Positions 61,513 through 64,000 of a DNA stretch of 64,000 nucleotides are shown in pieces; within the stretch, counting starts at the first letter, position 1, and each line of letters begins with the position of its first letter. Below the pieces are notes generated by a model. That model saw only the letters and a list, made by a program, of their open reading frames with translations. It was not told the DNA's origin and searched no databases. This DNA comes from Octopus sinensis (Eukaryota), in the NCBI RefSeq assembly GCF_006345805.1, contig NW_021832837.1:34299-98298 (forward strand), written 5' to 3'. Position numbers and translations under genes: made by a program.

Positions 61513-62361
61513 GTTATGTGATTTGTGTATCATTCAGAGTAAATATAGATAATCTCCCACACAGAATGTATAAGTGACTAGTTTTTATTTAATTCTAATT
61601 TATTTCACACGATTAAGCAAACCGATCGACATCAAAAATTAAACCTGCCCTGCTTTATATCACTCAATTCTTTGTTGACCTGATTCAAAATACTGCCAAG
61701 TCCAGAAAAGATATCCCAAGAGCAAACACGCGGTCTTACTGAAGACAGAAATATTGTGGAATTTTCTTATGACTTTGATGAGTATGGGGAAGTCTTGTTG
61801 GTGGAAATGGTGAAGCAGATTTACTTCAACCCTTCCTTTCCTGCTATTGTCTCAAATAATGCTACTTTATTTATTTTTAGTCAAAATTTTTATTTTTTAT
61901 TTGCTCATTTACACTTTATTCTAATGAGGCAGTTGATATATCTAATACAATGAGTATAAAAATGATAATATATAATTAGAGAAACCAAACATTTAGCAAA
62001 GATTTGCTCTATCTGGATTATGAACCTGATTTGAAAAGGCTAGTATTGTTTGAAAATTACTAGAAGCATCAAAATTTGTGGCTAAACGAGCACACTCAAC
62101 ACTTCATATTGATTAAAATTTGATGTCATTTTTGGAATTTTGTAAATACGATAATTCAATAGAAATTTGTGTCATCAATGAATATTTAAAGTAGAATGAC
62201 GAAATAATATTACTGTTTTTATTCACCACTTTGACAAAATTATTTATTAAATTTTCTATGAGGATTTGTAACATAAACGTTGGAATTTGTGATATTTTCA
62301 TATCTTTGTTACCTTTCGTAACAGAAAAAGTTTATTCATAATTAAAGTGCTGTAGATAGAA

Positions 62362-62830
62362 AGGCTCAGTCGTGAGAGGTCATCGGTGACCGAGTAGAGA
62401 GGGCCGGGAATGCTAATGCTGTCTAAGTATCAGAAGTTGAATATATGATGGTATCTCACGCAAAGTTTGGGCCGCGATGTCCCCCTCAATCCTCGAGCCA
62501 GCCGGCTTCGATCGCGGTGATGACTAGAAAAAGACGGATTGACAAACTTTGCATTCCGAGAAAGCCGATCACTCGTGTAGAACGCTACTTTCCCGGACAC
62601 CTTTTTGAGGTCAAACCTAACATCATTGATAACGCAGATGTAGTTTATGAAAGTTATCAAATACCGACTCTCTCTGAAGATAACTTTTTGACCACATCGC
62701 AAATCGTATGAAATCTAACCACGAAATCTAACTACGGCCTTTATACACAAAATCGGGAGAAAAATTGCATCCTGACCACGTATATCAGAGGGAAATCAGT
62801 TTTTATTGTCTTCAACAAAATAGACGATCG
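62362..62830 (+). mobile_element. Decayed CRE-like copy C with an inverted 5' segment
   Basis: PSILEPAGFDRGD, DGLTNFAF..ATFPDTF, FIHKIGRKIAS on +. 62362-62413 matches upstream CRE sequence on -. Confidence 0.6.
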
Positions 62831-63055
62831 TCTTTTTTGAAAATATTGTTAATTCATTTTTTGATTATTGAACAGAACATAGTCTACGGAAAGGACATTT
62901 GTTTTTAGAGAAAGGTCATAAGAGTTAACGAACTTTATAAGAGAGCAATTCTAATTTAGGAATTTTCGGATAAAATGTATTCTGTGACCGTTAATGTGAA
63001 GATATTGTAGATAATAAAAGTATCACCAAAAAATATTTTACAATATTTTTCTCGC

Positions 63056-63290
63056 AAGAAATACGTTAGTTGCTGTCGAAACCCTGGGATCGATTGGGAA
63101 GGAGTCGTTGTGCATCCTCAAGTATATTGGACGTTTCAAGACCTTGAGAACACACAATCCTCTGGAGACGAGATGGCTCCTCCAGAACGTGTCCCAAGCA
63201 ATAGTGAGGGGAAACAGGATCGCCATCAGTTCTTCTTATTGACCTTGGTTTAACTATATTATTTTAATTTGTTTTATTTTTTGGTGAAAT
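63056..63290 (+). mobile_element. CRE-like 3' fragment (copy D)
   Basis: VAVETLGSIG..RWLLQNVSQAIVRGNRIAI*. Confidence 0.75.
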
Positions 63291-63581
63291 AGAAATTTCA
63301 TATAAAAATAGGTTTTCAATTTTCAAATATCATTTATCAATTAATTTTATTCTAAATTCTACTGATTCTATAAAAATAAATTTTTAGGAAAAGATCATGA
63401 TTTTAAATTCCTGAATTTACACACACTGGTTTCTGCAAATAATTAATAGGTTTTCATATATTTAAACTCGTATTTGGAGCTTTTTAGTTTATCCAAACCA
63501 GCCTCATAAATGGGATAGATTAAATCATATAAATTTTTTAAGAATTTTTATCGTTTTTTTAAATACTCGTTTAAAATTTGA

Positions 63582-63835
63582 GGAGCGAAAGATTCTCAAG
63601 TACGGCCACCTCTCCAACTTGCTGTTCTTTACTCCAATTGCCGTGGAGTCCTCCGGGATCTTCGGCCCCAAGACACTCCGCTTCCTTCGCTCGCTCGGTC
63701 GACGGATTCCAAGGACTAGCCACGATCCAAGAGAGTATTCTTGGCTCCTGGTACGTCTGTCGATTGCTGTGATCCGAGGGAACGGCTTCGCCATTCGCGA
63801 GTCTCGTGAGGCCTTTAATTAGCTTTCGTTATTAA
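63582..63835 (+). mobile_element. CRE-like 3' fragment (copy E)
   Basis: LKYGHLS..PIAVESSGIFGPKT..WLLVRLSIAVIRGNGFAI. Confidence 0.8.
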
Positions 63836-64000
63836 TAGAAAGTTCGTGTCATAAATGTTTATCAATTTTAAAATACGAAAACGAGACGCTATATATTTGA
63901 TCCCGTAAAAGTATGAAATATGATTTAAGCTTTAAAAATGATATAATATTATTCTCAAGACGAATTTTTATGCAACTCGTAAATAATTTTTTTTGTGAAA

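Overview
AT-rich eukaryotic (animal) DNA with very short GT-AG introns, mostly 23-35 nt. This architecture is known from reduced parasites such as myxozoan cnidarians and dicyemids; the taxon cannot be fixed from sequence alone. Host genes recognised after manual micro-intron removal: a two-PDZ NHERF-like protein, a MOV10-like helicase, Mn-SOD, a C3G/RAPGEF1-like RasGEF, a non-catalytic ADAM-like membrane protein, a matrixin-fold pseudo-protease with a mucin stalk, UBXN11, a 5' fragment of an RBM5/10-like gene, a Nav2-type four-domain channel and propionyl-CoA carboxylase alpha. A large share of the window is nested TE debris: four Ginger-like integrase transposons, Buster-type hATs, Tc1s, Helitrons, CRE-like and R4/NeSL-like RLE retrotransposons, RTE-like LINEs and a Gypsy remnant. 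Highlights: (i) a Ginger-like family that inserts at TA-N-TA, whose transposase carries about 7 host-sized micro-introns, and one derivative of which carries a telomere-like 60-bp satellite; (ii) a Ginger plus RBM5-like fragment splitting UBXN11; (iii) two catalytically dead membrane metzincins; (iv) a DEEA-type channel with an extra Ser in the DIV pore loop and degenerate inactivation elements; (v) a PDZ ORF whose tail is antisense retroelement sequence. All exon structures are manual and coordinates may be off by a few bases. Some homopolymer frameshifts may be sequencing errors.
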